A DNA stretch of 62,623 bases, counting the filler, from Platydemus manokwari (Eukaryota): NCBI GenBank assembly GCA_037951405.1. It is 6 parts of 6 records of this genome, joined end to end, with 100 filler letters (N's around TTAATTAATTAA, not from the genome) between each part and the next. Parts side by side here need not be neighbours in the genome. Positions count along the whole stretch, not along the records: positions 9,060 to 21,100 come from JBBMOY010333337.1; positions 21,201 to 30,775 come from JBBMOY011230321.1; 4 more parts are not named here. One strand, 5' to 3'. Within the stretch, counting starts at the first letter, position 1. Each line of letters begins with the position of its first letter. Shown one piece after another: positions 12,476 through 25,699 of this stretch. Position numbers and translations under genes: made by a program. Below the pieces are notes generated by a model, which saw only the letters and a program-made list of their open reading frames with translations, was not told where the DNA came from and searched no databases.

Positions 12476-14082
12476 ATTTTTGGATTTTCTATCGACGACA
12501 TAATATATTATCATTTTATATTGAAATAAATTATATTTATTAATAATATTATTATCGATTTTCAAGCATTAGTTGAGATTCACTGAGCCTGACTGATTAA
12601 ATAAAGGGCATTTTTGTGGAATTTATGCATTGTTGAGCCTGTATGTGTGCAGCATTAATTAAATAATAAAATAATTGATAATAAATTTTAATAAAATTAT
12701 GATTGTTATTAAAAATTATTAAAAATTTTCGAATAACAAAACGCACAAAATTAAATTTGATAAAATGAAAGAAATGCCCACAGATAAAAGGCAGAAACTA
12801 TTTAAATAATGTTAGGCTAGCATGGATTTAATGGTAAATAATAATAAAAAATAATAAAAAATAGATAAAGAAATTAAAACAAAACCTTAACAAAGAAACT
12901 TAAAAAACAACTTAAAGAAACAAAGCTTATAAAGACAATGAGGAAATTGCTGCTTTACAAAAATCGGAGAACAATAATATTAATCGAAGCATAATATAAA
13001 ACTTGGTGTTTAATCAAGTCACGGAATGGGCATTGCACTTATGAGAAAAAAGACGGCCCAAAAAATAACAAATATAACTTGGTACAAAAATTATCATTAG
13101 GAAAATTGCCCTGTTATTCATATCTTATTCGGTGGAGATTTCCTTGACCATCGATATCGATTCACTCAGGTATTTTACATTTAAATTATATCGAAGCAAA
13201 CATTATTTAACCTGCAAATAGTTCTTCAAGAATCCAGTTTTGTGAAGGAAAATCTATTTCATTGGAGCCAAATTTAATTTTCGACAATATAACATCCAAA
13301 CTGGTAATTTTATTTATGTAATCATGAGTAGACAAATACATTTTCATGCTTTTTCATTATCTCAATACAATCTTATAAGTTTCCTAAAGGTCAATAATCT
13401 CACTACTGTTATATCCCAGAGTGTCTACGGACTATTAAGCTTCACGTTGTACTGAATCTACTACAACATATACTGCCAACATTTTTATTTTGTTGAGTAT
13501 GAATGAATGAATATAATTTTATTGTATTTCTTTGCGTTTTTGTTCATTTGATCTATTTAGATTTTCGATAAACCTGGAATATCGATCGGGTGAATTTTAT
13601 GAGAATAAATTTAATCAGTCTTTATAATTCAATAATATTACAAAAGTAACTCATAAAACTCTCTATTTTGTGAAAATCAATAATATATAAATCAATGTAG
13701 TCACTTTAATAAATGATTAACAAATACTTGAAATATTATCTGTGAATGCCATTGAGTTTTATTCCGGAAAGCTTATAGTTTTATATAAATATGCAGTACA
13801 CTTATTACAACTTGGAATTTTTCCAAGTTTGAATCAATTAATACGGTGTATTTTATCAAAAAATAAAAGTGTTCAATGACATGAAATGATTTTCAAAGCG
13901 GTAGTAATGAGATATACAATGATCTTCATAAATAGATGCACACAATCAACACAAACTGAATGAAGTTAAAATTATTACAATCGTATTTCAATAATCGATA
14001 TAAAATTAATTATAGATGATTCATGTCTCAAATTATTTTCAATTACTAATTATAATATTGAATTGGCTGGGTTTTCATCCTG

Positions 14083-16566
14083 ATGAAGGTTGAAGCCAAC
14101 TATTCAAGCCCTACAATAAAATCTTCTATTGATTCAGTATGTGAAGATGTCAAACGACATGAAGTGGATGATAAATCATTATTTGAGAATTCCATATCTA
14201 GGATGAAATTGAATTCGAAATTGAAGCATCGCAGTAAATCGAAAAATAATATTCTTCCATTACCGATAAAAAATAATTCCAACAAATGTAAGCATCGAAC
14301 ATCAGGTGATTTTGAAATCTGTGAATCGAATTACAGCCAGATTGCTAAGCGACTGTATAGTTTAGTTAATGCCAACGTTTCTCCGTATCAATTAAAACAT
14401 TCGATTTCATTTAATAATATTTCTAACAATAGTAGTATTGCTGATCATGTGAGATTGAATGAAAAAATTCATCCAAATAATGAGATAAAACAACATTTTG
14501 AAGGATCTCTTAATACGGAAAGCTCCTCAAATCAAGACCATAGTAAGTTAAGAGGCTTTCTTAAACAAATTTCTGTGGAAAAAAGTGGGATACCCATGGA
14601 TAATAATGATAACATTATTAATAAATCTTTGAAAAGTAAAACTAAAAAAGAAATATCTAGAAACGTCATTAAAATTAATTTAAAGCAAAACAATGAAAGA
14701 AAAGTTCCAACAACATGTGATTCATCTACGGTTATGGAAAGCGATTTGGTGGATTCAAGCACCTTATGTAATAATGAGTATGAATTTGCAAACATTTCAA
14801 ATCCAACCCTAAATAATCACAAAATTAATCCAATAAAAAGTGGTCAGACGAACAATAGGAAATCCAAAAGAATCGTTAAACACCGAAACATGAACTCGTC
14901 TAATTGCAATGAGATGACGAGTTTCAATAAACATCAGAGCAATCATTCGGTTGACAAAACAATGGAGCCTATTTTCACAGAGAAAACCAACAACGAAACC
15001 AAGAAAGACATGACGATAAATTCAACAGAACCTAAACAAATTTGTGAACTGGAAAACAAATCAACCATCGATTCGAATATGAAACTAAATTCATTGTTAT
15101 ATTTTAATAAATTTCGAGAAAAATCTAAACCCCAAGACAATAAACAAATACAAAACCAAGCCTTTCAAAATAGTTCAAATCAAAATCAGTACCCGGAAAA
15201 ATTTAGTTCCATGGATAGTACTGGGAATACTAATATGGGACGTGCTGCTAAGGAAATTTATTCCAAAGATGATCAACAACAAACACCAACGCACAATCAA
15301 TTAAAATCCAATTCTGTTTGCGATAAATTGAATTTATCTTCCGAAAAAGGTGATAATGAAACCAAATCGAAAGTGACATTTTCACGGAAATTATTCGGGA
15401 TATTCAATTCCTCTGGACAAATGTCGAAAAAGAAAAAGTTTCTTCTTGCTTGTACCGATGCTGTAATTGGTATAGCTATAGAAAATATAATAAATCTAAT
15501 AACGATTCTATCAGTAGAATTAATTTTGAGTTCATCACAAACGAAAAATTTTTATTCGAATATCGATCCAAATATAAAATCGAAAAGAGATCCCACCAAT
15601 GATTTGAGAACTTCAAATGCTTTGGAAAACCAAACGAAAAATGCCACAACGAATTCATTGTCTTTGTATAATCAACATCCAACGATGAAAAATTTGACTC
15701 TGACTTTTGATTTCAATGGTCGAGTGGTAACCAATAATCCAAACAGAAATCAAACAAGGCGACTCAATAATCACATTCATCACGGTTCATTGAACAGTCT
15801 TCAGAAATCCTTCAGTAAAAATTCTTCCGCGCTCTCTATTCCTTTTCGATATAGTCACGATGAAAAAGTGTTGAAATCCAAACAATTAATATCAGATTCA
15901 ATGAATAGGAATTCATTTAATAATAACCAATTACGTAATAAAAGAAGTTCGAATTGCAATCTGTCACGAGATGATATAACAAATCCAGGAAAAGGTGATA
16001 GCAGACTTCTCACTTATTCTCCGAATCAGGAATTAATTAACAAACGTAAACTAAACTATCAAGAAATGTATCAATTCAAGTTCCAACAAGAACAACTGAA
16101 AAAGAAAGTCAAAGAAAATTTCCATCGATCTCATGAGACAACTCCAGTCAAATCTGTATCATCGATTTTTCAAGAGAATAAAGTCGGCTCAATGAAACCA
16201 TTCCAAAATAATTTCCCCACAAAATCATTCGCAAACCATTCGACTGAATCGAGATTTTCATCAGAAATATTAGACAGTAAAAATTATAAATTTTCGACAC
16301 AAATCAAATCGAGACTCGATTTCTTGAAGTTGGATGAAATATTTTCTTTGAAGGAAGAACTGTACAACAAATGCGATAGATCGTCGATTTTTATTCGACA
16401 AAACAGTGGATCGACCAGTGTTCGAATTCATTTACCAAACAGACAAGGCAATGGACCTTGGTTTCTTCATATTGAAAGTCCAACAACAGAAGCTTTGAAG
16501 TGCAGTATTGGTATTGTTGCAAACCGATTTCCAGAATGGAATTTGCAACAATATATCGATAATTGA
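14083..16566 (+). CDS. Uncharacterised 827-aa N/S/K-rich, mostly disordered protein with a compact C-terminal (possibly KH-like) domain
   Basis: A 2.5-kb stop-free ORF in very AT-rich DNA. The C-terminal ~95 aa has an alternating alpha/beta pattern. Possible in-frame 45-nt intron at 15470-15514. Confidence 0.85.
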   Translation: MKVEANYSSPTIKSSIDSVCEDVKRHEVDDKSLFENSISRMKLNSKLKHRSKSKNNILPLPIKNNSNKCKHRTSGDFEICESNYSQIAKRLYSLVNANVSPYQLKHSISFNNISNNSSIADHVRLNEKIHPNNEIKQHFEGSLNTESSSNQDHSKLRGFLKQISVEKSGIPMDNNDNIINKSLKSKTKKEISRNVIKINLKQNNERKVPTTCDSSTVMESDLVDSSTLCNNEYEFANISNPTLNNHKINPIKSGQTNNRKSKRIVKHRNMNSSNCNEMTSFNKHQSNHSVDKTMEPIFTEKTNNETKKDMTINSTEPKQICELENKSTIDSNMKLNSLLYFNKFREKSKPQDNKQIQNQAFQNSSNQNQYPEKFSSMDSTGNTNMGRAAKEIYSKDDQQQTPTHNQLKSNSVCDKLNLSSEKGDNETKSKVTFSRKLFGIFNSSGQMSKKKKFLLACTDAVIGIAIENIINLITILSVELILSSSQTKNFYSNIDPNIKSKRDPTNDLRTSNALENQTKNATTNSLSLYNQHPTMKNLTLTFDFNGRVVTNNPNRNQTRRLNNHIHHGSLNSLQKSFSKNSSALSIPFRYSHDEKVLKSKQLISDSMNRNSFNNNQLRNKRSSNCNLSRDDITNPGKGDSRLLTYSPNQELINKRKLNYQEMYQFKFQQEQLKKKVKENFHRSHETTPVKSVSSIFQENKVGSMKPFQNNFPTKSFANHSTESRFSSEILDSKNYKFSTQIKSRLDFLKLDEIFSLKEELYNKCDRSSIFIRQNSGSTSVRIHLPNRQGNGPWFLHIESPTTEALKCSIGIVANRFPEWNLQQYIDN

Positions 16567-16854
16567 TGATGCCTCATTTTCTTAATCGTAGAAAAATATT
16601 CATTTAAAAGTTATTTTAAACATTATATATTTCATTCATTATACATTTGAGGCTCCTCTACTTATCGTCAATTATAAAATGTTTTGGGTTACAACTTAAT
16701 GAAACATAAAATCGTCTCTTTAAGTTCACATTTTAATATTATATATTTTATAGTGTTTTCTACATTGGTTGATTTGATAGAAAATGTCGATACAACGATA
16801 TAATTATCTTCCTTATGAATGAAAAATAAAATAGAAATTTTAAAACTTAAATTA

Positions 16855-17150
16855 TTAGGTTGGCAACGAAGCTCGTGCCCTGTATTTTAAAAATTGTTTA
16901 AAACTTTATTTTTAATAAAAATCAACAAATAATTAATCAATAATATGCCCTCTTGTTAACAAGATTTTTCATACCTCATCGATAGAAATCATCCAGTTCG
17001 TCTAGAAAAATTCATCCAAACAAGCTTTCAATTCTGCACGAGTATTCAAGAAAACTTTGCACACATAATTTTAAATGCTAAGAGATAGAAATCCATTGGT
17101 GCCGAATCAAGAGAATACGGTGGTTGTGACAACAATTCCAAGCCATTTTA
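16855..17150 (-). mobile_element. Mariner transposon 3' remnant (transposase C-terminus plus one TIR)
   Basis: The minus strand reads ELLSQPPYSLDSAPMDFYL (mariner YSPDLAPxD motif), then LDEFF..FYR*GMKNLV. TA followed by TTAGGTTGG (mariner-type TIR start) at 16853-16863. Confidence 0.82.
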
Positions 17151-20100
17151 TAAATTTTACATAAAATTTAATATGATCTATTCATGTAAATTCATAATAT
17201 TATAATTATAGTATAAATTAAACTCGGATTACATAATAGTATTGATTATTATAAGTTTCCAGACTAAAGGGTATATTAAATTAAAATTTGGGTTTGTTAT
17301 TTGATTATTTTTTATCTCACTTATCCTAGAGAACTTCGATAGACAGTATGATGAGCTAATTATCGGCGAGCAGTTATGCTGAATGAAATATTTGATAACG
17401 ATAATTTGACTGTTTATTAATTATATTGTATGATTTGACTCAAATGGGTCGTTTATCGTCTTAACAAATTAATAGCTTGATAACTTTAGGAAAAAACTGA
17501 AATGAAAACTTACTAGTCACTATAGATGTCCTTCACTTAAATAATTTTGTATTTGTCCAGATAAATAGATTCTCCTCTTTCTCACAGATAGTGACAGAAT
17601 CAAATCTCTATGATTGCTTGTCGAAATGGTGGGATAACTAAATTGGCTCTGGCCTATCCAACTTAATTATTTCTCCCTATATTCCCCGTTTCAACTTAGA
17701 ATTTTATGTCAACTATTTTTTGTAAATTACTTTTTAAAATTTTTTATTCTTATCCCGTTTTTACTTATTTTCTCCTTATTCGACAAAATTTTTTAATTTT
17801 TAAAATTTTTCTTTATGTATACATTTTAATTTTTAACTCTTTACATGTTTCATTAATCATTCCTGCTATTTAAACTGGTATAGCTGAACCTCTTCACCAT
17901 TGAGTTTTGTTAATTGTATTGTTTTATACATAATGTAGTTCTGTTGGCTTCTTTGGGGTTTTAGAAAATATTATGGCTAAGGAATTTAAAATCTGATATA
18001 ACAAGTATCAAAATAATCCAACAAATATATAAATTGATTAAAAATATAAATTCAATTAAAAATTATAAATTCAATATCTGACTCCAAATGAAATAACGAA
18101 TGCTGTTTCATGAGATTTAATTCTGATCAACACAAATACAAGTTAATATACTGAACCACAATTTAAATATAGACAACAATGATAGAATAATTAATCCTTA
18201 ACCAGATATTCTTTAATTTTGTAGTATATGGTTCTATTGTTTCCTATACAAATGAATTTGAGTCTCCTATGCTTTCGTCGCAAGAGCTTTAGTTGTTAAT
18301 CCTCTTGGCTGTTACTGATTTTCCAATTAGATTTTATTTCAATTAATATAATTGGTTCGACTGGATCCAATCATTTTAATTTAAGAATGATATTTATATT
18401 AAAATTTATTAATACAAATACTATTATCTTATTCTTTACAGTAGTTAATTGCTCGAATTAAATAAATAAGATCAAAATAATTTTAATGATGAGAAAGTTT
18501 TCTTCAATAGATATTAATCTGCATTTATAGTTTCCAATAATTGATTTTTTCAATGCCTATTTAGTACTTATAAGGGCTTTTATTTTTCGATTCCATCCGT
18601 GATGTTTGAAACTTGTGTTTATCTTATTTTTATCTCTTTTTCTTACTTGCTTCAGTTTCTATTTTTCTATTTTATATATTTTTATTTCGTTTTGCTATTC
18701 TTAGTTATTATCGACTGGTCAGCCTATTTTTGTTATTTTAGTGTTTTTAAATTTATCTTTTGATCGAAGTTTGTAATTTGGATCTCTTTTTAAAAAATAA
18801 TTCTATATTAATTGTTGTTTATGTCTGGGATTGGAACTGGTACCAAACAAGCCGTATTACTCCAAAAGGATTTGTTTTAGATTATTCATGTCGATAATTA
18901 TTGCCAAGTTGGTTTTATATAATTTCAATCCACCATAAATAATATCAGGATACTGAAAAGCTCATTCCAATAGCTATGAATATTCTGGAATCCAGTATCG
19001 CTCGGAAATTTCAAAACCTATTGATTCTCAAATCAAATGAGATCCGTTGTTAAGTTTAAAAACGAAAAATACATGTTAATGATTGTTTATTTCTGGTTAT
19101 TGTTATTGTTTATTTTATCTAACTGACGTGGTATTCAGGCTGTGGTGTATTCAATTGATTTGATTCTGACTTTAAGTTTAATTATTATTTTGAGTGAATT
19201 TCTTTTTACAGATTCCAGCTAAAAGTAAATTCCAACTCATAAATTTATTAAACACCACCGCACCGAAGGTTCATTCCTACAGTCGTTGTTTGAGGCTAAA
19301 TTAAAGGCTACTCAGCCTGAATCCCAGATAAATTTTAATTCAAATTTGCAGTGATATTTTTATCGTAATTACGATACAAGTTTGGAAAGCTAAATCAAGG
19401 CTTGTCGCATAAATTCCAAACTGTTAATAAAGTATCGATTAAAGTATTTTTGGGGATTATAATTGAAAGGTTGTTGTTTGTGTATTCCGATTACAAGTAT
19501 TTGATTTAAGATTCAATAGTTCAAATCCTCGCATCAGTCTTTATTTATATTATGCTAGAAGCTACATAGGTTATAGTTGACCATTATGTCATTAATATTC
19601 GTCAAAATCAATAAAATCCCACTTATATTTTAAATATTTGTCAGGAAAGTGTAGGTAGACTGATACTCTATGCTGATAAAAACGAAACCTAAAGTGTACC
19701 AGAGGACAAAAAGATAATCATCACCATTTGCTCATACAGTGCATGGAAAAAGAAAAACATAGAATCAAAATGAGCAGGATATCAGACAGCACAAAAAAGT
19801 ATGGTCTGATAAATAAAGAATTAAAAAATGATGATCAAGCCAATAAAACTTGACAGCCATGACCAAATCTAAAAAAATCTGGAAAGAGAAGAAAAAGACC
19901 TAGGTAAGAAGAACTGGAGCATTGACTTAGATGGCTGATGTTAATACAATAAAGATACAACCAATCTTCGAGAACAAAATCTTCGAATTTCTTCAAGCGA
20001 TGCAAATCAATAAACTGCAATCCAATTTCAAAAACATTTTTGATTTGATCCTTTTATGATAATCATTTATGATCCTTTTTAAGACATTGATTTAATCCTA

Positions 20101-21100
20101 AACCAATAAATGGTCCTTTTTCTGATCCTTCTCCCTGATACTTTATTATCTAGAAACATTTATGATTTATAATTTTCGATTCTATTTTTTGTACAGAATA
20201 ATTGTAAAAATGGATATATATATATAATGATAATAATAATGAAAATATATTATTATTATTTATATAAATTTATTTATTGAAAAATAAAATAGAATTCCAA
20301 TTTGAAAAAATTATCGAAATTAAATTTTTAATGTCAGTCAACTCATAATAATTTAAAAAGGTTTAAAATAATAAAATGTTAAAAACTTCGCAAGATTGAA
20401 GGTAAAATTCCAGCGACAAACCACTTGACATCAGCAAGTATATAAGTTGATGAATTTTATCACAAATCACTCTCAACGAAATCGTAATCGAAAGTTCAAA
20501 AGTTTAGATGCGAATAATTGATATAATCGATAATAGTTTGGAAAGAAAAGATATTATTGAAAACAAATAATCTTCGAAATGTAAATATTTGATAAATTGA
20601 TATTTATTTATCGAGAACAATGATTAATTAACCGAAAGAATCTTTCCTTTAGCGATTTTTAATTAATTCAATATTTGAAAAATCATTAAGGAGTAAAGTG
20701 TGTTTTGCGTTCCTGACAAGATAACAATACCGATTTGTTTTAAATTGATATTGTGTGAGTTAAATTTGTGTGATAGTTATTGTTTATTTAATAATCGATT
20801 TAAATAAATAATTATCGACTGAGTTGTGTATATTCATTTGATAAATTACAATATAATCAATATGTTATTCTTATAAAGGAAATCAGGCTGTTGAGTTTTA
20901 CAAACATCACATTCAACAACCACAACCCAACATTTAACATTAATTTCGTTTTTGTATGAACCAATTGTTTTTCACTGACACACATTCATGCCCCCAAAAC
21001 CATTACATTGTCGATATTGATAAGCTTTGTTGTTCTAAAAATGTATTGAAAAATAAATTGTTATATCTATTAAAATAATATATATAAATAAATATATATA

Positions 21101-21200
21101 NNNNNNNNNNNNNNNNNNNNNNNNNNNNNNNNNNNNNNNNNNNNTTAATTAATTAANNNNNNNNNNNNNNNNNNNNNNNNNNNNNNNNNNNNNNNNNNNN
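21101..21200. other. Artificial contig linker
   Basis: N44-TTAATTAATTAA-N44. Confidence 0.98.
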
Positions 21201-23349
21201 TTTCATAAATTTCATATAATATAGCAAGTCTCTAAGTGACCAATATTTGACCCTCTTTTAGCCATTTTACGATTTTTGTGTGTATTTATCTAAGTTAATA
21301 TTGTTGTCATGTTATTATCGATTTGGTTATGATTATCATTAAAACATCAGTGGAAATATTTTTTAAAATATTCATTTACATCCTATGAAGAATGTATGTA
21401 ATCAATTTGTCACTTTCGTGGTTTATCTTTGTCTCAAAATGATCATACTAAACTTCAGTTTAATTATTAAGAAAATGTTAATCAATTACTAAGATCTAAA
21501 TCGATTTTTTATTAGTTATTTGAAGCATTGGATAATATTGAAGATTATATGCTCAATATATCAATGCATATTACATAGAACTAATACTATTTTATAAATA
21601 TTGTTTTTGATGAAATCTAAGGCTTATCGTAACTATCATTTTTAATATCATCTTTAAAAAAATTGGTTTTGAATTTAACGTTCTATTCATAATTATGTTC
21701 TATATTGAAAATATAATTTTATAAATCAATTTTTTAATATTTTTACGCTTATTTCATATGTATTATGTAGAATTTAATTGTTAATTTAAATTTAAAAATT
21801 TTCCTAACTCTTCGTGTATACAGTAGCATTAAATTTTGTTTGGTTTATAAAATTTAAAATTAGTAATTTCTAATCTCTATATAGATATTCATGTATGGTC
21901 ACATCATAATTTGTTTATTTCTTTTTAAATTGAATTATTATAGTTATGTCTAATTTTAGAAATTTTAAAATCAATATGATGTATCATAGTTATTGAATTA
22001 GAATATTTTTCAAATATTTTTGGAAATATCACGAATAGGTTTATTATAATGGTTTTAATTTCATGATTTTTGACGAAGGTTATGTTCTATGATGAAGCAC
22101 CGAATCGGTGTTATTTAGAAACTAATAATTACTATTTTATAGAATTTTAAGTTGTCTTATGCTATGCTTAGTAACAGAGTCTGTAAATAGTACACAAATG
22201 AAAAATTTGCTTTTATCGATTTACCAAGTGTGTGAAATACTATGCATGTACTATGTGTGCAAGTACATTTGTGAGTATTACTAATGCAGACTTATTATCT
22301 TCAAGTGCCTTGGGGTAGTAACACGATTGATTCATTTAGACTGCCCGATTATGAGCTAATCAATATAATCCCATTGTTTTCTAAGAGTATTTTACCATAA
22401 AATATGTCTTTAAACGATATATCGACTCAAACAATGTATTGAAAAAATAATTTATTGAACTACATTTTAATCCGATATGTGATTACACAATTGTGGATCT
22501 AAACGTATTATATAAACTAAATGAAAATGATTTAATCTTACTTCAGTTGAGCACTCTTAATTTTAGCTTATTAATTTTAAGAACTATAATTTTCGTTTGC
22601 TGTTTTATTTGAAATGTGAAATCTATTTTCTTATTAAATATATTCAAATCGAATTAATATCTAAAAATTGTGTTGAAAATTTGATAAAATATTAAGTAAA
22701 TGTTGTAAAATGTTAGAAGTATTAATTTCTAGAATAAAATCGTCAAGTCAAGAAGGCGGTTGCAACGGTTCCGTAGACTAAATTTGTGAAATAGACTTTT
22801 ATCTTACACGAGTCAAAACAATTTTTAAAATAATACAGGAATCCAATACTTTTCCAGCTGATCATACAACTTTTTCAAAATCTGAAATTCAAGTTTCATG
22901 ATATTAAATATATAACTGATCATGTATGGAATATTAAGCTAGTAAAACTTATTTTAGGAATATCTCCGAGAAAAATTATTCATCTCGAATAATACTGATG
23001 GTATAATCAGTTAGATATAAAGATAAATTATATTTTATTCTTTGGAATTATTTATTTGTACTGTTTTTAATATTTATAAAGAAATTAATGTTTCAGTGTT
23101 TTCAATTATTGTTATTAAATACTATAAAACTTAAAATAAATTGATCGACACTATTGTGAAAATTCATTTAACCGTATTTCACTTAATCTGAATCTTAGAA
23201 AGGCCCATTGTCAATTTTTTAAACATATAATCTATATCTATTGTATAAGCGATATATGTATTGTTATGCCTGGACCTAAAAGTTGATGAATTGAATCGTA
23301 AGTCATTGTCTTCATCTTACAAAGTCAAAAATGTTTAAAAGACCACCAA

Positions 23350-23500
23350 TTGGTAACATGCGAGTGTGAATCATTTCAAACTGAACCCTTGACCATATCC
23401 TAAATAAAACTATACTGTAAAAATTTCTTTTGTTTCTTAGTATAACCTGAATCCACTCTATAACAAGCCTTCTAAACCATGGAAAATACAGATTAAAGTT
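23350..23500 (-). mobile_element. Possible decayed CR1/L2-type LINE reverse transcriptase (RT) fragment
   Basis: Minus-strand pieces HGLEG, EWIQVILRNKR and GQGSV across frameshifts resemble the G.RG.LL.WI.SFL.NR.Q...PQGSVL block. Confidence 0.3.
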
Positions 23501-25699
23501 TATTACAGAATAATAAAACAGTAAATTTTCCTGTAGTTTATAACAAATCATTCGAATTTTGGATCCATTTAAGAAAATATTTCAATGATTTTAATTATTT
23601 TTATATTGTCACGGACACAAGCATTAAGAAAATTAGGTAAGTTAGGCACACTGAATATTTAACATACACATTTTCCCTTTGAAAAATTTAAAAATTAAAA
23701 CTGACCATTATCAAATCATAAAATTAAATCAATATATTTGCATCTTATCAATAACAACCTGCTGTAAAAGCCAGGCACATCTGCTTAAAGTTGAGCGTGA
23801 CCAGTGGCTAAATAAAGCTTACTAAATTTAAATTCTTCTTTTAATCTTCTTCAATGCTGATACAACAACAGCTGTTTGTTTTCGCATCTACCATCTGTTT
23901 GACAGTGACGAAATGTAAATTTCTGGTTCATTATCTTGTTGCACGTGACAAAATGATAGAAAGTTATTATTCAACAGACTGTCCGTTCGTGTGGTAATTT
24001 TTGTGTCATATGAAACAACATTTACTTAACATAAAACATGATTTTGATTTAATGAAATTAACTTCACAATTCAAAGTAATTTCCGGTTTTCTTTATAAGT
24101 TTTCTACAACATTCTGAAATTTATAATCCAAGTTTAAAATTGTATGAATTGTGTTGTTAGATAGTTAACTTCTTTGTAATTTGGAAAACCTTTAAGATGT
24201 TAAGAGCTTTGTAAATAGGAAATTGAAAGAATCTTTTGATATTGGATAGTGATTAAGAATGAAGTTATTCACCAAAAGGTAACTTATGATTGGATTCATG
24301 ATGCATAATCTTTTTACTTCAAGTCTCATTTTAGTCAATATTATTTCGAATAAACCATTTAGTAACCAATGTTTTTATTTCTACGCGCTAATTGATTTCT
24401 GTTATTTTTAAATGATTGGTTATAACAACTGTATATTAAAATAAAATGTTAGATTATTAATAATTAGATGTACTCAAATATTTATCTGCAATACTTTTAA
24501 AAGAACTTCAATATTGGCTTGTACTTAATTTGCTTCACCATGAAAATTTTCTAAACAAATAAATCTGGATAATAATTTGTGATTACATGAAAATTTTTAC
24601 AAATTTGGACTGATTGTGTATCTATTCAGATTGTTGAAAAATATATTATTCTCAAAACAAATTCAATTGTAAACGATAAAAACTCTCATAAATTGTATTA
24701 ATAAATTTGACAACTAAGTATTGCTATTTTACTTTGCTTTGTGTTTTATTTTTGTGCTATTGTAGTCGATAGCTGTTTATTTCAATTTTTATTGGAAAAT
24801 AGATTTTTAATGAACAAAATGTTTTCATTTTCTTAAAATATTATATATTGTACATTTTAGTATTAAAAATACGATATGAAAACTAATTTCGACTACTTTT
24901 TCAATATAAAAATAATGATTGAATTGAAATTGGAGAAGCAATTAATTCTAATAAAGTTTTGTGCAAATTAGAATTCTCATTTTATGCAATTACAAAACAA
25001 AAATAGAACAAGATATCAATTGAAAAAGTATTGATTGTTAAGAATGCTTGTTTGAAACTCATCAAGTATTATCATCACATAACTAAATTTCGCTGGCCTG
25101 TACAATGAATGAATTTTATTTAGTAATTCTATTAGCTTGACAGAACATAATTTACAATTCTCAACTTAATGAGTTGTACATCTCAGATATATATTTGACA
25201 AGATATTTCTTAAATTGTACTGGTTGTGACTGATAAGTTGAAAATCAAATTCTGGCATGAAATATTTATCAAATTTTCAATTATATAAAAATTGCTAGTA
25301 ACTGCAAGATCGAAGAAAAATCTACACTCATTATGTAATATTGGATTTCATAGTAAACATTTAATTTTATTACAGAAGTCTCCCAGTGATAAATGCTAGT
25401 GATGCAACCACGAAGCTTTTGTTTATAAAGTTAAAAAATTGGCTAGTTAACATAATTTTTTCAAATAATAGATTTCTACAGATTTTATTTGAATTTTATT
25501 CATCATAAAATAGAATTTAATATATGACCAATGCCAGTGTGATATTCGAAAAAAAGCATTTCTCGTAATTATTAAAATCCACTTGCAAATATTAATCAGA
25601 AAATCAATAATTGTAAACTTATCTCTACAGTAAATGTCTATCACATTCATCTATATTTCTGATTCATAGTAAAGATAAAATATATTCTATTTCAGATAA

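Noticed and set aside
13110-13300. Resemblance to alpha-carbonic anhydrase (GG..YRFTQ / EGKSISLE)
   Set aside because: The zinc-binding HxH is absent and the frames do not join; too weak to call.
18200-20140. Possible decayed Gypsy, pogo/Tigger or Polinton fragments (e.g. KRRKRPR*EELEH)
   Set aside because: Only isolated short motifs; no consistent frame or termini.
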